Assembly: GCA_031459875.1 (NCBI GenBank)
Contig: JAVKHQ010000006.1
Coordinates: 1-64,000, forward strand
DNA length: 64,000 nucleotides
Reading direction: 5' to 3'
DNA from: Candidatus Fervidifonticultor sextus
GTDB lineage: Bacteria > Sysuimicrobiota > Sysuimicrobiia > Sysuimicrobiales > Humicultoraceae
The notes beneath the pieces were generated by a model. The model was not told the DNA's origin, did no database searches, and saw only the letters and a list, made by a program, of their open reading frames with translations. Shown here piece after piece: positions 40,042-49,699 of this stretch. The position numbers and the translations under genes are program-made. How positions within the stretch are numbered: the first letter of the stretch is position 1; every line of letters begins with the position of its first letter.

Positions 40042-41067
40042 GTGGCCCCTCCGGCCGTCGCCCCGCCCCCGCGCCAGACGCGGACGCACGGCCTCACCGA
40101 GGGCGCCGTCCTGGCGGCCCTCGTGGCGTTGCTGGCCATCGCGACACGCTACATCCCGGTCGTGGGGATGGCCACCGTCTGGCTCTGCCCGCTGCCGCTG
40201 GCGGTGCTGGTCATCCGGCACGGCCTGCGGATTGCGGCCCTCGCCGGCATCGTCGCCACGCTGGTCGGGGTCCTCCTGGCCGGGCCCGTGGTGGGCTTTG
40301 CCATCCTGATCTCCTTTGCGCCCATGGGCCTGGTGATCGGCGTCGGCGCGCAGCGGCACTGGCCGGCAGCGCGGGTGGTCCTGCTCGGCACGGTGGCGTC
40401 GGCGCTGTCCACGGCCGCCAGTTTCCTGGGGCTGATGGGCGGCGGAGCCACGTCCCTGGCGGCCATGGCGGCGGAGATGACCGAGACCATGGAGCGCAGC
40501 ACGGCGATGATGACCGATCTGTACGTCCGGTGGGGATTGCCGAAGGCGCAGGCCGACGCCATCGCGGCGCAGTTCCGGGAGTTCGGTCGGCTGCTCCCCT
40601 CCCTCCTGCCCGCGATCCTGACGACGAGCGCGGCGACGGCCGCCTGGCTCAACTACGAGGTCGCCCGTCGCGTGCTTCACCGGTTCGGCTACCATCTGGC
40701 CGCCCTGCCGCCCATGGGAGCCTGGCGGCTGCCCTCCTGGGCCGTCTGGGCGCTGCCGCTGGGCTATCTCCTCTCCGCCGCCGGCGCGCAGGCGCGGCTG
40801 CCTGAGCTGGAGCGTGCCGGGGCCGGTGTGGTCCTGACCCTGATGCTGGCGTTCATGCTCCAGGGCATGCTGGCCGCCTGGGTGATCCTGGGCAACCTCG
40901 ACCTCACGAAAGTCGAGCGGACGATTGCCCTGGTCGTGGCCGTTTCCCTGTCCACGGCGATCCCGCTGATCAACATCGCTGCGTTCCTCCTGGGCGTGGT
41001 GGACTCCGCCCTGAAGATCCGTGAGCGCTGGGGGCTGCCGCGCGGGCCGAGGCAGATGAGGCCGTGA
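40042..41067 (+). CDS. YybS/DUF2232 family membrane protein
   Basis: LTEGA..PLPL..RHG pattern; position between rpsR and rplI. Confidence 0.85.
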   Translation: MAPPAVAPPPRQTRTHGLTEGAVLAALVALLAIATRYIPVVGMATVWLCPLPLAVLVIRHGLRIAALAGIVATLVGVLLAGPVVGFAILISFAPMGLVIGVGAQRHWPAARVVLLGTVASALSTAASFLGLMGGGATSLAAMAAEMTETMERSTAMMTDLYVRWGLPKAQADAIAAQFREFGRLLPSLLPAILTTSAATAAWLNYEVARRVLHRFGYHLAALPPMGAWRLPSWAVWALPLGYLLSAAGAQARLPELERAGAGVVLTLMLAFMLQGMLAAWVILGNLDLTKVERTIALVVAVSLSTAIPLINIAAFLLGVVDSALKIRERWGLPRGPRQMRP

Positions 41068-41510
41068 AGGTCATTCTCCTTAAGGACGTTCCCGGGACCG
41101 GTCGGGCCGGCGCCATCTGCGAGGTCAAGGAAGGACACGCGCGCAACTACCTGATCCCCCGTGGGCTGGCGGTCCCCGCGAGTGACGGTGCCGTCCGCGC
41201 CCTGCAGGCGCAGCAGGACGCCGTGCAGCGACGGGCCGAGCGACAGCGCGCCCGGACCCAGGAACTGCAGCAGCGCCTGCAGGGCCTGGTCCTGGAGATC
41301 CGCAGCCGCGCCGGCCAGGGCGGCAGGCTGTTCGGCGCCGTCACGGCCCAGCAGATCGCCGATGCACTGGTCAGCAAGGGATTCGCCATTTCCCGCAAGC
41401 AGGTGGAGCTGGAGAACCCGATCCGCGTCGAGGGCTTCTACCGGGTACCCGTCCGCATCGCCCCGGGGGTCGTGGTTGAGGTGGATCTGAACGTGACAGG
41501 CATTCGCTAG
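41064..41510 (+). CDS. rplI: 50S ribosomal protein L9
   Basis: MKVILLKDV, GHARNYLIP, GRLFGAVT. Confidence 0.97.
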   Translation: MKVILLKDVPGTGRAGAICEVKEGHARNYLIPRGLAVPASDGAVRALQAQQDAVQRRAERQRARTQELQQRLQGLVLEIRSRAGQGGRLFGAVTAQQIADALVSKGFAISRKQVELENPIRVEGFYRVPVRIAPGVVVEVDLNVTGIR

Positions 41511-41514
41511 CAGG

Positions 41515-41615
41515 CCCTCCACAGGTTCTGCCGGGGATTGTCCACAGATCCAGACCCCACGGGCGCACAGAGAGCGTTCTCCTTACCCACAGTTCATCCC
41601 AAAGGAATCGCACAG
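41515..41615 (+). promoter_or_regulatory. Array of DnaA-box-like motifs
   Basis: TTGTCCACA (41538) and TTACCCACA (41583); CACAG cores at 41520, 41543, 41566, 41588, 41611. Confidence 0.55.
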
Positions 41616-41684
41616 GGGGCCGCCCAAGAGAGGAGAGGCTCCGCGGGAGCCGCGCTATCGTCTGCAGGGGTACTTTTTGCGGGC

Positions 41685-41714
41685 TTGACATACCGTACAT
41701 TTGTTCGATAGCAT
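41685..41714 (+). promoter_or_regulatory. dnaB promoter containing a LexA (Cheo-type) box
   Basis: TTGACA-18-TAGCAT; CGTAC-ATTT-GTTCG at 41694..41707. Confidence 0.6.
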
Positions 41715-41744
41715 GGGGTGCGAGAGGTCGAACAGGAGTTCGCC

Positions 41745-44090
41745 ATGAGTCTGGGTCTCCCGGTGGAGCGCGTCCCGCCTCAGAACCTCGAGGCCGAGCA
41801 GAGTGTGCTCGGGTCCATGCTCTTGGAGCGGGATGCTATCGCCCGGGTCGTGGAGATGGTGCGGCCCGAGGACTTCTACCGGGAGGCCCACCGGAAGATC
41901 TACGAGGCCATCATCGAGCTGTTCGAGCGCGGCGAGCCCGCGGACCTGATCAGCGTCACCGACCGCCTCCGCGCCAGGGGCGTGCTCGACGACGTCGGCG
42001 GCGCGGCCTACGTCACCTCGTTGCTCCATGCCGTCCCGACCGCGGCGAACGTGGAGTACCACGCCCGCCTGGTCGTGCAGAAAGCCATGCTGCGGCAGAT
42101 GATCGCCGCCGGCACGCAGATCGTGGCCATGGGCTTCCGGGAGGACCACGATGTCGAGGTCCTGGTTGACGAGGCCGAGAAGCTGGTCTTCTCCATCGCC
42201 AGCCGACGAATGGGCCAGGAGTTCGTCCCGCTGCCCGAGATCTTGCGCGAGAGTTTCGAGCGGATCGACCGGCGCTACCGCGACAAGGGGACCATCACTG
42301 GCGTCCCCACGGGCTTCGCTGAGCTGGACAAGCTTACCTCGGGACTCCAGCCGGCCGACCTGATCATCGTGGCCGCGCGGCCGTCCATGGGCAAGTGCCT
42401 CAAATTCGACGCTGAGGTCGCCGATGCCGCGACCGGCGAGATCCGCACGATCCAGGAGATGGTCGCCGCCGGACGCGCCACACTGCTCTCGCTCGGCGCC
42501 GACCACCGGTTCCGGCCGACCTCCCCTGCCCGGTTCATCGACGACGGCATCAAGCCGGTCTTCCGGGTGCGGACCGGCGGCGGTCGCGAGGTCGAGACCA
42601 CGCTCACCCATCCGTTCCTGACCCCGTCGGGATGGCAGCCGCTGGCGGCCCTGGAGCCGGGGACCCTCATCGCCGTGCCCCGCCGGCTGCCGGTGTTCGG
42701 TCGCACCGATCTGCCCGACCACGAGGTCAAGCTCCTGGCCTACCTGTGCAGCGGCCGGCTCCCGGCGTCCCCGCAGATCGCCGAGGACTTCGCCGATGCC
42801 GCCTCCGCCGCCGAGGCCATCCTGGCCGCCTCACGCGGCCGCCCGGCGGCGCGGTCGGGGATCGGGGGCGGCGCGGAAGGAGGCGCCGCGGTGGCCGACC
42901 TGCTCTGGCGCTATCCCGTGCTCGCCGACCCTCCCTCGGCCCGCGCGATTCCCCCGGTGGTCTTCACGCTGCGCCGCGAGAAACTGGCGCTGTTCCTCAA
43001 CCGGTTGCTGGGCAGCCTGGCCGAGGTGGGCGAGTACGCCGAGGGCTACCGGGCGCAGGTGACGCTGCCCTCGCGGCGGATGGCGCGTGGGCTCCAGCAC
43101 CTGCTGCTGCGCTTCGGCGTCCCTGCGTCCGTCGAAGGCACGACCCTGACGCTGGGCGTCTCCGCCACCCTGGCGCTGGTCCGGGAGGTCGGCATCTTCG
43201 GCAGGGAGCGGCTGCGGCGGTGGGCCCGCAACGCGCAGCGGTCGCTGCTTGACGACATCGACGTGATGTGGGAAGAGGTAGTCGCGATTGAGCCCATCGG
43301 CGCGTTCCAGGTCTACGACCTGACCGTGCCCGAAACCCACAACTTCGTCGCCAACGACATCTGCGTCCACAACACCACCTTCGCCCTCAACATCGCCCAG
43401 CACGCCGCCGTCGAGCACAAGATCCCCGTGGCCATCTTCAGCCTGGAGACCAACAAGGAGCAACTGGTCCAGCGGATGCTGTGCAGCGAGGCGCAGGTGG
43501 ATTCCTCGCGCCTGCGCAGCGGCTACCTCACCGACGCCGACTGGCCGCGGCTGGCCGCGGCGATGGGGCGGCTCTCCGAGGCGCCGATCTTCATCGACGA
43601 CTCGGCCAACATCACGGCCATCGAGATGCGCGCCAAGTCCCGCAAGCTCAAGGCCGAGCACGGCCTGGGGCTGATCATCATCGACTACCTGCAGATGATC
43701 CAGTCCTACAAGCGGGCCGAGAACCGCACCCAGGAGGTCTCGGAGATTGCCCGGGCGATCAAGTCACTGGCCAAGGAGCTGGACATCCCGGTGCTGGCCG
43801 TCTCGCAGCTGTCCAGGGTGGTCGAGGTCACCGGCAGCCGCCGGCCGCAGCTATCACATTTGAGGGAGAGCGGCGAGCTCGAGCAAGTCGCCGACCTGGT
43901 CCTCTTCATCTACCGCGAGGAGTACTACGACCCCGGGAAGGCCAGATCCGAAGGGAAGGAACACATCGCCGAGATCCGGGTCGCCAAGCACCGCAACGGC
44001 CCGGTGGCCGATCTCGAAATGTTCTTCCACAAAGAGCACGGTCGCTTCCGCGACCTGGACCGGCGTCACGCGGGCGCAGCGGGCTCGTAG
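41745..44090 (+). CDS. dnaB: Replicative DNA helicase DnaB, intein-containing
   Basis: PPQNLEAEQSVLG, AARPSMGK/TT Walker A, IDYLQM, SQLSR, LRESG, KHRNGP. Confidence 0.97.
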   Translation: MSLGLPVERVPPQNLEAEQSVLGSMLLERDAIARVVEMVRPEDFYREAHRKIYEAIIELFERGEPADLISVTDRLRARGVLDDVGGAAYVTSLLHAVPTAANVEYHARLVVQKAMLRQMIAAGTQIVAMGFREDHDVEVLVDEAEKLVFSIASRRMGQEFVPLPEILRESFERIDRRYRDKGTITGVPTGFAELDKLTSGLQPADLIIVAARPSMGKCLKFDAEVADAATGEIRTIQEMVAAGRATLLSLGADHRFRPTSPARFIDDGIKPVFRVRTGGGREVETTLTHPFLTPSGWQPLAALEPGTLIAVPRRLPVFGRTDLPDHEVKLLAYLCSGRLPASPQIAEDFADAASAAEAILAASRGRPAARSGIGGGAEGGAAVADLLWRYPVLADPPSARAIPPVVFTLRREKLALFLNRLLGSLAEVGEYAEGYRAQVTLPSRRMARGLQHLLLRFGVPASVEGTTLTLGVSATLALVREVGIFGRERLRRWARNAQRSLLDDIDVMWEEVVAIEPIGAFQVYDLTVPETHNFVANDICVHNTTFALNIAQHAAVEHKIPVAIFSLETNKEQLVQRMLCSEAQVDSSRLRSGYLTDADWPRLAAAMGRLSEAPIFIDDSANITAIEMRAKSRKLKAEHGLGLIIIDYLQMIQSYKRAENRTQEVSEIARAIKSLAKELDIPVLAVSQLSRVVEVTGSRRPQLSHLRESGELEQVADLVLFIYREEYYDPGKARSEGKEHIAEIRVAKHRNGPVADLEMFFHKEHGRFRDLDRRHAGAAGS
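42396..43373 (+). mobile_element. 326-aa intein in the DnaB P-loop with a degenerate LAGLIDADG domain
   Basis: Begins CLKFDAEV after GK; block B TLTHPF; ends VYDLTVPETHNFVANDICVHN followed by Thr. Confidence 0.93.
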
Positions 44091-44337
44091 ATCGCTCCGC
44101 CAGGTCGTCGGATCGCCTCCGTTTGGTTGCGTGCTGGGCGTGGGGGCTACCCGAGCCTGGACGAAGCCGGCTGCTTGACGTTGCGCCGCGCCCGGCGGCC
44201 CATGGTGCCGACGACCTCCTCGGGTGCCCGACCGGCAGGGGTGAACTCGTAGCGGGTACGAGGACCCGCCGTCTTGCCTTGCCACCCCGCCCTCGGGCGC
44301 GTACACTACTAGTGCACAGGTCCTCGACGGGGGCGGG

Positions 44338-45480
44338 ATGGTGGGACAGAGCAGCAACGTGCAGGTCCAGGAAGGCCTTGAAGGTGTCATCGCCGGGCAG
44401 TCGTCCATCTGCTATATCGACGGGGTCAAGGGCCGGCTGCTCTACCGCGGGTACGACGTCGCCGATCTGGCCGGGCAGGCCACTTTTGAAGAGGTCGCCT
44501 ACCTCCTCTGGCACGGCGACCTGCCCACGCGCAGCGCGCTCGGCGAGCTGAAGAGCCAGCTCCTGGCCGCGGCCGACCTGCCCGGCCCGGCGGCAGACGT
44601 TCTCAAGAGGATTCCGGTCGGCGCGCACCCGATGGCCGTGCTGCGCACGATGATTTCGGTGCTGGCCCACTTCGACCCCGATGCGGAGGACCACTCGCAG
44701 GCCGCCAACGCGCGCAAGGCCGTGCGGCTGACCGCCCAGGTCCCGGCCGTCGTGGCCGGCTTCGAGCGCACCCGGCGGGGCCAGGCGGTGGTCAGCCCGC
44801 GCCCCGACCTCAGCCACGCCGGCAACTACCTCTACATGATGCACGGCAGCCCACCCGATCCCGAGGCCGCGCGTGCCCTGGACGTGGCGCTGATCCTGCA
44901 TGCCGACCATGAGTTCAACGCCAGCACTTTTGCCGCCCGCGTGACCGCGGCCACGTTGTCCGACCTCCACTCGGCGATCGTCTCGGCCGTGGGCACCCTC
45001 AAGGGGCCGCTCCACGGCGGGGCCAACGAGGAGGTCATGCGGCTGCTGGAGCGGATCGGGACCGTCGAGCGCGTCGAGCCGGTCATCGCCGAGATGCTGG
45101 CCTCCGGGAAGAAGATCCCCGGTTTCGGCCACCGGGTCTACAAGACCGAGGATCCCCGGGCGCGCTTTTTGCGCGCGCTGTCCCAGCGGATGGGCGAGCG
45201 CGCCGGCGACCTGCGCTGGTACCAGCTCACCCGGCAGGTCGAGGAGGTCACGACCGCCCGGCGGAAGATCCACCCCAATGTGGACCTCTACTCGGCGTCG
45301 TTCTACCGGGCCCTGGCCATCCCCGGGGACCTCTACACGGCGACCTTCGCCGTCAGCCGGATCGCCGGCTGGACGGCCCACGTGCTGGAGCAGTACGCGG
45401 ACAACCGTCTGATCCGGCCGCTGTCGGAGTACGTCGGGCCACAGGACCGCCGGTACGTGCCCCTCGAGGCGCGCGGGTAG
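44338..45480 (+). CDS. Citrate synthase (short dimeric type; 2-methylcitrate synthase not excluded)
   Basis: GLEGV, LLYRGY, DHEFNASTF, GPLHGGAN, GFGHRVYK..DPR, PNVD. Confidence 0.93.
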   Translation: MVGQSSNVQVQEGLEGVIAGQSSICYIDGVKGRLLYRGYDVADLAGQATFEEVAYLLWHGDLPTRSALGELKSQLLAAADLPGPAADVLKRIPVGAHPMAVLRTMISVLAHFDPDAEDHSQAANARKAVRLTAQVPAVVAGFERTRRGQAVVSPRPDLSHAGNYLYMMHGSPPDPEAARALDVALILHADHEFNASTFAARVTAATLSDLHSAIVSAVGTLKGPLHGGANEEVMRLLERIGTVERVEPVIAEMLASGKKIPGFGHRVYKTEDPRARFLRALSQRMGERAGDLRWYQLTRQVEEVTTARRKIHPNVDLYSASFYRALAIPGDLYTATFAVSRIAGWTAHVLEQYADNRLIRPLSEYVGPQDRRYVPLEARG

Positions 45481-45517
45481 CGGCGAGGGGCCTCCCGCAG
45501 TCTGACGCCGGGTCGGG

Positions 45518-46306
45518 CTACGACCCCAGCAGGAACTCCCGCACTGCCCGGTTGAACGCCTCGGGCACTTCGAGGTTGCTCAGGTGCCCGGCGTCGGGAA
45601 TCCGGACTAGCCGTGCGTTCGGCATCGCGGCGACCATGGCCTCGGAGGCCTCCGGGGGTGTCAGCACATCCTCTTCGCCCACCACGACGAGCGCCGGGAT
45701 CGCCACCGCGCTCAGCAGAGGCCGGCTGTCGGGCCGCGTGGCCAGCGCCGACAGCGCGGCGGTCAGGCTGCGGGGATCGGGCGACCCGATGATCTGCCGG
45801 ACGGTCGAGACGACCCCCGGCCGCTGCGTCTTCGTCGTCGGCCCCACCAGTTGCTGCAGCAGGTCGTGCAGGAATCCCTCCGGGCCTTCCTTCTCGATGC
45901 GCGCTATCGCCGCCTGGCGCCGCTGCCGGGCTTCCTCGGAATCCGGCTCGGCCCGTGTGTCGGCGAGGATCAACGCGCTGACCCGGTCGGCCGCCCTGGC
46001 CAGGATCCGGAAGGCGATGTAGCCGCCGATGGAGCAGCCTCCGAGGACGACGCGCCTGTGTCCCAGCACGTCGAGGAGGCCCAGGAGGTCCTGTGCGCAG
46101 TCATCCAATGTGAACGGACCCCCGGGGACGTCGGACTCACCGAAGCCCCGCAGGTCCGGGGTGATGACCGTGAACCGGTCGCGCAACACCCCTACCTGCG
46201 GCCGCCACATCTGGCGGTTCAGCGGGAAGGCGTGCAGCAAGACCAGCGGCGGACCGTCCCCGTCGAGGCCGTAGCCGAGCCTGGTCCCTGAGATCTCGAC
46301 ATGCAT
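45518..46306 (-). CDS. Alpha/beta hydrolase (PcaD-like)
   Basis: LLHAFP, PDLRGFG, GCSIGG nucleophile elbow, GEED, AGHLS. Confidence 0.9.
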   Translation of the reverse strand: MHVEISGTRLGYGLDGDGPPLVLLHAFPLNRQMWRPQVGVLRDRFTVITPDLRGFGESDVPGGPFTLDDCAQDLLGLLDVLGHRRVVLGGCSIGGYIAFRILARAADRVSALILADTRAEPDSEEARQRRQAAIARIEKEGPEGFLHDLLQQLVGPTTKTQRPGVVSTVRQIIGSPDPRSLTAALSALATRPDSRPLLSAVAIPALVVVGEEDVLTPPEASEAMVAAMPNARLVRIPDAGHLSNLEVPEAFNRAVREFLLGS

Positions 46307-46465
46307 GCTAAATCCTCCCCGTGCCCTTTCTGATAGCGTATTTCCCCCCGCTCATATTCCCGGAGGCGCCGCAAGGATTGCGTCTCGCCCCAGTTAGTGT
46401 GCCCTCGATACGCGCCGGCCCGCCCCCGCGGCATCCTGTGGGCACTCGATGCCTGGGGGTGCGTC

Positions 46466-47188
46466 GTGGAGCAGGAGGCGAAGGTCGAGGCGTATCTTCC
46501 GCTGGTGGGCGCCATTGCGCGCGCCCTCAGCCGCGGGCTGCCGTCCGTCGTGGAGATGGACGACCTGATCCACGACGGGGTCATCGGGCTCATCCGTGCC
46601 CTGCGCCGCTACGACCCGGACCGGGGCGTGGGGTTCCCCACGTATGCCGGCCACCGGATCCGGGGGGCCATGCTCGATGGACTCCGGGAGCGCGACCCGC
46701 TCCCCAGATCGGTCCGCCGGAGGCAGAAGCAATCGGACGAGAGCGATCCAGGTCTCAGGACCCGCGGGATCCACTTCCTGGACCTCGCCGAGGCGCTGAC
46801 CGTGCCTGCCGATGAGACGAGCAGCCCGGAGGCGGTGGTGCTGGAGGATGACTTGCGGCGCCAGGTCCGCGCCGGTCTGGCCGCCCTCCCGCCCAGAGAC
46901 CGGCAGGTGCTCGTGCTGCGGATGGTGCAAGGGTTGCCGCTGCGGGTTGTGGCCGGGCACCTCTCTCTTTCGATCACCCGCACGGCTGAGATCCAGGCTC
47001 GGGGCTTGACGCGGCTCCGACGCTTCCTGGAAGGCCAACCGATGATCCGGCCTCGCCGGCCGGCACCGGCGACTGTCCCGCTCCACCCTCCGCTCCGGCA
47101 GGAGGAACGCCGGCGCGCCGCGAATCGAATGCCCACCTCCGCCGGCCCACCCATTCCTGACCGGCCCCGGCCAGACGCAACTGGGTGA
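46466..47188 (+). CDS. Sigma-70 family factor, FliA/WhiG-like but shortened
   Basis: DDLIHDGVIGL..RYDPDRG..YAGHRIRGAMLDGLR..D region 2; LPPRDRQVL region 4; start uncertain. Confidence 0.8.
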   Translation: MEQEAKVEAYLPLVGAIARALSRGLPSVVEMDDLIHDGVIGLIRALRRYDPDRGVGFPTYAGHRIRGAMLDGLRERDPLPRSVRRRQKQSDESDPGLRTRGIHFLDLAEALTVPADETSSPEAVVLEDDLRRQVRAGLAALPPRDRQVLVLRMVQGLPLRVVAGHLSLSITRTAEIQARGLTRLRRFLEGQPMIRPRRPAPATVPLHPPLRQEERRRAANRMPTSAGPPIPDRPRPDATG

Positions 47189-47292
47189 CCGGGCAGGCGG
47201 CAGGTCCCCGCCCGGATCGCCAAGATTGCGACGAGGTGCCATCTGGCGCACGCGCCCCGATGGGGGCGGCGCGCTGTGAGGCAGGAGGTGGC

Positions 47293-47988
47293 ATGGACAT
47301 CCACCAGCCGCGCGCCGTCGGGAGGAGCCGGCAGAGGACCCTCCGGCTCCTCCCGTTCCTTCACACGCGCGCGCAGGTCCACCTGGTCGCCAACGTCTTG
47401 AGTCTGGTAGCCTCCCTCCTGCGGCGTCACCCGAGGGCGGCCGAAGACCTGCTGGCCCACATGGGGGACTACCTGCGCAGCCGGCTCGTTCCGCCTCAGG
47501 CGTTGGTGCCGCTGGCCGACGAACTGGACCTCGTGCTGGTGTTTGTAGGTGTGGAGCGGGCGCGGCTTGGCGGCAGGCTGCGCCTCGAGGTGGCGTGCCA
47601 CCCCGAGGCCCGCCCGGCGCTCCTCCCGCCGCTGGTGCTGCAGGCGCTAGTCGAGAACGCCGTCAGGCACGGCATCGCGCGCCGGGTGACCGGAGGACGG
47701 TTGAGGATCTGCGCACGGATGAAGGGCCGCTACCTCCATGTCTGCGTCAGTGACGACGGTGTCGGGTTGCGGCGTCCCCCTCCGGCCGGTGCCGCGGGAT
47801 GGGGGCTGGCCACGACCCGGCTGCGCCTGGCCGCGTTGTGGGGTTCGGAGGCCCATCTGCGCGTGCTCAGCCGCGCCGGGCGGGGGACGATTGCGGCGAT
47901 CAGCGTGCCGGCGACCTTTGCATCCCCCCCAGGCGGGCGCCTATCTCCGGCGCCTGGCCGGCCGGGTTCGCCTCTGGCGGGGCGGTGA
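47293..47988 (+). CDS. LytS/YehU-type histidine kinase lacking a sensor domain
   Basis: QVHLVAN H-box variant, VPLADEL, LQALVENAVRHG, DDGVG, GWGL; GGAGG RBS before the ATG at 47293. Confidence 0.8.
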   Translation: MDIHQPRAVGRSRQRTLRLLPFLHTRAQVHLVANVLSLVASLLRRHPRAAEDLLAHMGDYLRSRLVPPQALVPLADELDLVLVFVGVERARLGGRLRLEVACHPEARPALLPPLVLQALVENAVRHGIARRVTGGRLRICARMKGRYLHVCVSDDGVGLRRPPPAGAAGWGLATTRLRLAALWGSEAHLRVLSRAGRGTIAAISVPATFASPPGGRLSPAPGRPGSPLAGR

Positions 47989-48890
47989 GCCGGATGAGGG
48001 GCCGGCCCGGCGTCCTGCGCGCGGTCATCGCCGATGACGAAGCCGGCGCCCTGCGGCACCTGCGCACCTTGCTCGATGCCTGTCAGGTGCAGACGCTGGC
48101 CGAGTGCGCGACGGGCGGTGAGGTCCTGGAGGCGGTGGGCCGGCTCCGGCCGGATTTCGTCTGCCTCGACATCCTCATGCCGGAGATCGACGGCCTCCAG
48201 GTCGCCCGGGATCTGCGGCCCGGCGTGACCGTGGTCTTCACGACAGGCTACGCCGACTACGCGGTGCCGGCGTTCGACCTCGACGCCGCCGACTACCTGC
48301 TCAAGCCGCTTTCGGCGGCCCGTGTGGGCGAGGCGGTGCGGCGCGTGCGCGCGAGGCTTTGGCGCCTGCGTAGTGAGGAAAACCCGCGAAGCGAGAACGC
48401 CCTACGCGGTGAGGGTGCCGCCACCCCGGCCGGCGCTGGCGTCGCGGTCCCCAGGGTCGTTATCCCGGCCACCGACCACTGTCCGGCCCTGGCCCCGGAA
48501 GCCATCCGCTTCATCGAGGCCCGCGCGGGTGCGAGCGTGATCCACGCGGACGGCGGGACCTACCGGGTCCGGGCGCCGCTCGACCGCCTCGATCACCTTC
48601 TGGCCCCCTGCGGCTTCCTGCGCACCCACCGGGCGTACCTCGTCAACCTTCGGAGGATCCGCGCGCTCGTCCCATGGTCCCGGCATGTGCACAGCCTCCT
48701 GCTGGACGGTGGGGAGGAGACCCACGTCCCGGTCGCCAAGTCACGTCTGGCCGCATTCCGCCGCAGCGTGATCTGGATTCCGCAGACAGGAGGACGGCGC
48801 AGTGGATCTGGGACTGCAGGGGAAGGTAGCCATCGTTTCGGGCGCGAGCCGGGGCCTGGGCCGCGCGATCGCCGAGGGGCTGGCGGGTGA
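47985..48890 (+). CDS. LytTR family response regulator
   Basis: IADDE, LDILMP, DYLLKP, FLRTHRAYLVN, VPVAKS. Confidence 0.88.
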   Translation: MSRMRGRPGVLRAVIADDEAGALRHLRTLLDACQVQTLAECATGGEVLEAVGRLRPDFVCLDILMPEIDGLQVARDLRPGVTVVFTTGYADYAVPAFDLDAADYLLKPLSAARVGEAVRRVRARLWRLRSEENPRSENALRGEGAATPAGAGVAVPRVVIPATDHCPALAPEAIRFIEARAGASVIHADGGTYRVRAPLDRLDHLLAPCGFLRTHRAYLVNLRRIRALVPWSRHVHSLLLDGGEETHVPVAKSRLAAFRRSVIWIPQTGGRRSGSGTAGEGSHRFGREPGPGPRDRRGAGG

Positions 48891-49611
48891 GGGCGCGCGG
48901 GTCGTCATCTGCGCGCGCACCGAGGAGGCCGTCCGCGCCACCGCCGACGAGATCGCCCGCCAGGCCCGCGTCGTCGCTGCCGGCGGGGAGGTGCTGCCCG
49001 CGTGCGCCGACGTCGGCCGGGCAGCCGACATCGATCGTCTGGTCGGCCAGACCATGGAGCGGTGGGGGCGCGTGGATATTCTGGTCACCAATGCCGGCGG
49101 ACCACCGTCCGGTCCCGCAGTCGGGCTGACCGACGGCCAGTGGGAGGCTGCGGTCGAGGGGTTGCTGATGTCGGCGGTGCGGCTGTCCCGCGCGGTGATC
49201 CCCTATATGCAGCAGCAGCGCTGGGGGCGGATCCTCCACGTCACCTCGTTCACCGTTAAGCAGCCGCTGGCCAGCCTGGCGCTGTCCAATGCCGTCCGCC
49301 TGGCGGTGGTCGGGCTGGCCAAGACCCAGGCCCTGGAACTGGCGCCCTACAATATTCTGGTCAACACGCTCTGCCCCGGGCCGATCGCCACCGACCGCCT
49401 GGCCGACCTTACCCGACAGTATGCCGAGCGCGACGGGATCACCTTCGAGGAGGCGGAGCGCCGTCTGTGGCTCTCCCAGATTCCGCTGGGGCGGCTGGGC
49501 CACCCGGCCGAGTTTGCCAACTTGGCCGTGTTTCTGGCCTCCGAGCGCGCCAGTTTCATCACCGGAGGGACGTTTCAGGTGGACGGCGGCGCGGTCCGCG
49601 GGCCATTGTAG
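48802..49611 (+). CDS. SDR family oxidoreductase
   Basis: MDLGLQGK, GASRGLG, LVTNAGGP, VDGG; AGGAGG RBS. Confidence 0.92.
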   Translation: MDLGLQGKVAIVSGASRGLGRAIAEGLAGEGARVVICARTEEAVRATADEIARQARVVAAGGEVLPACADVGRAADIDRLVGQTMERWGRVDILVTNAGGPPSGPAVGLTDGQWEAAVEGLLMSAVRLSRAVIPYMQQQRWGRILHVTSFTVKQPLASLALSNAVRLAVVGLAKTQALELAPYNILVNTLCPGPIATDRLADLTRQYAERDGITFEEAERRLWLSQIPLGRLGHPAEFANLAVFLASERASFITGGTFQVDGGAVRGPL

Positions 49612-49699
49612 GCCGCCGGCCCCCGCGGTGACCTGAGGCTCGGGCGGCATCGGCCGCAATCGGCGGCGGTGAGAACAGGAAAGGACGGCTTGCGCGCAC

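Noticed and set aside
41511..41744. Calling this region oriC
   Set aside because: No dnaA/dnaN adjacent and no clear AT-rich unwinding element; kept only as a DnaA-box-like array
44091..44337. Possible ncRNA or small ORF between dnaB and citrate synthase
   Set aside because: Only a TACACT -10-like element and generic GC hairpins; no recognisable family
48802..48890. 89-bp overlap between the LytTR and SDR genes
   Set aside because: The overlapping LytTR tail is low-complexity and lies beyond the domain; probably incidental stop-codon loss
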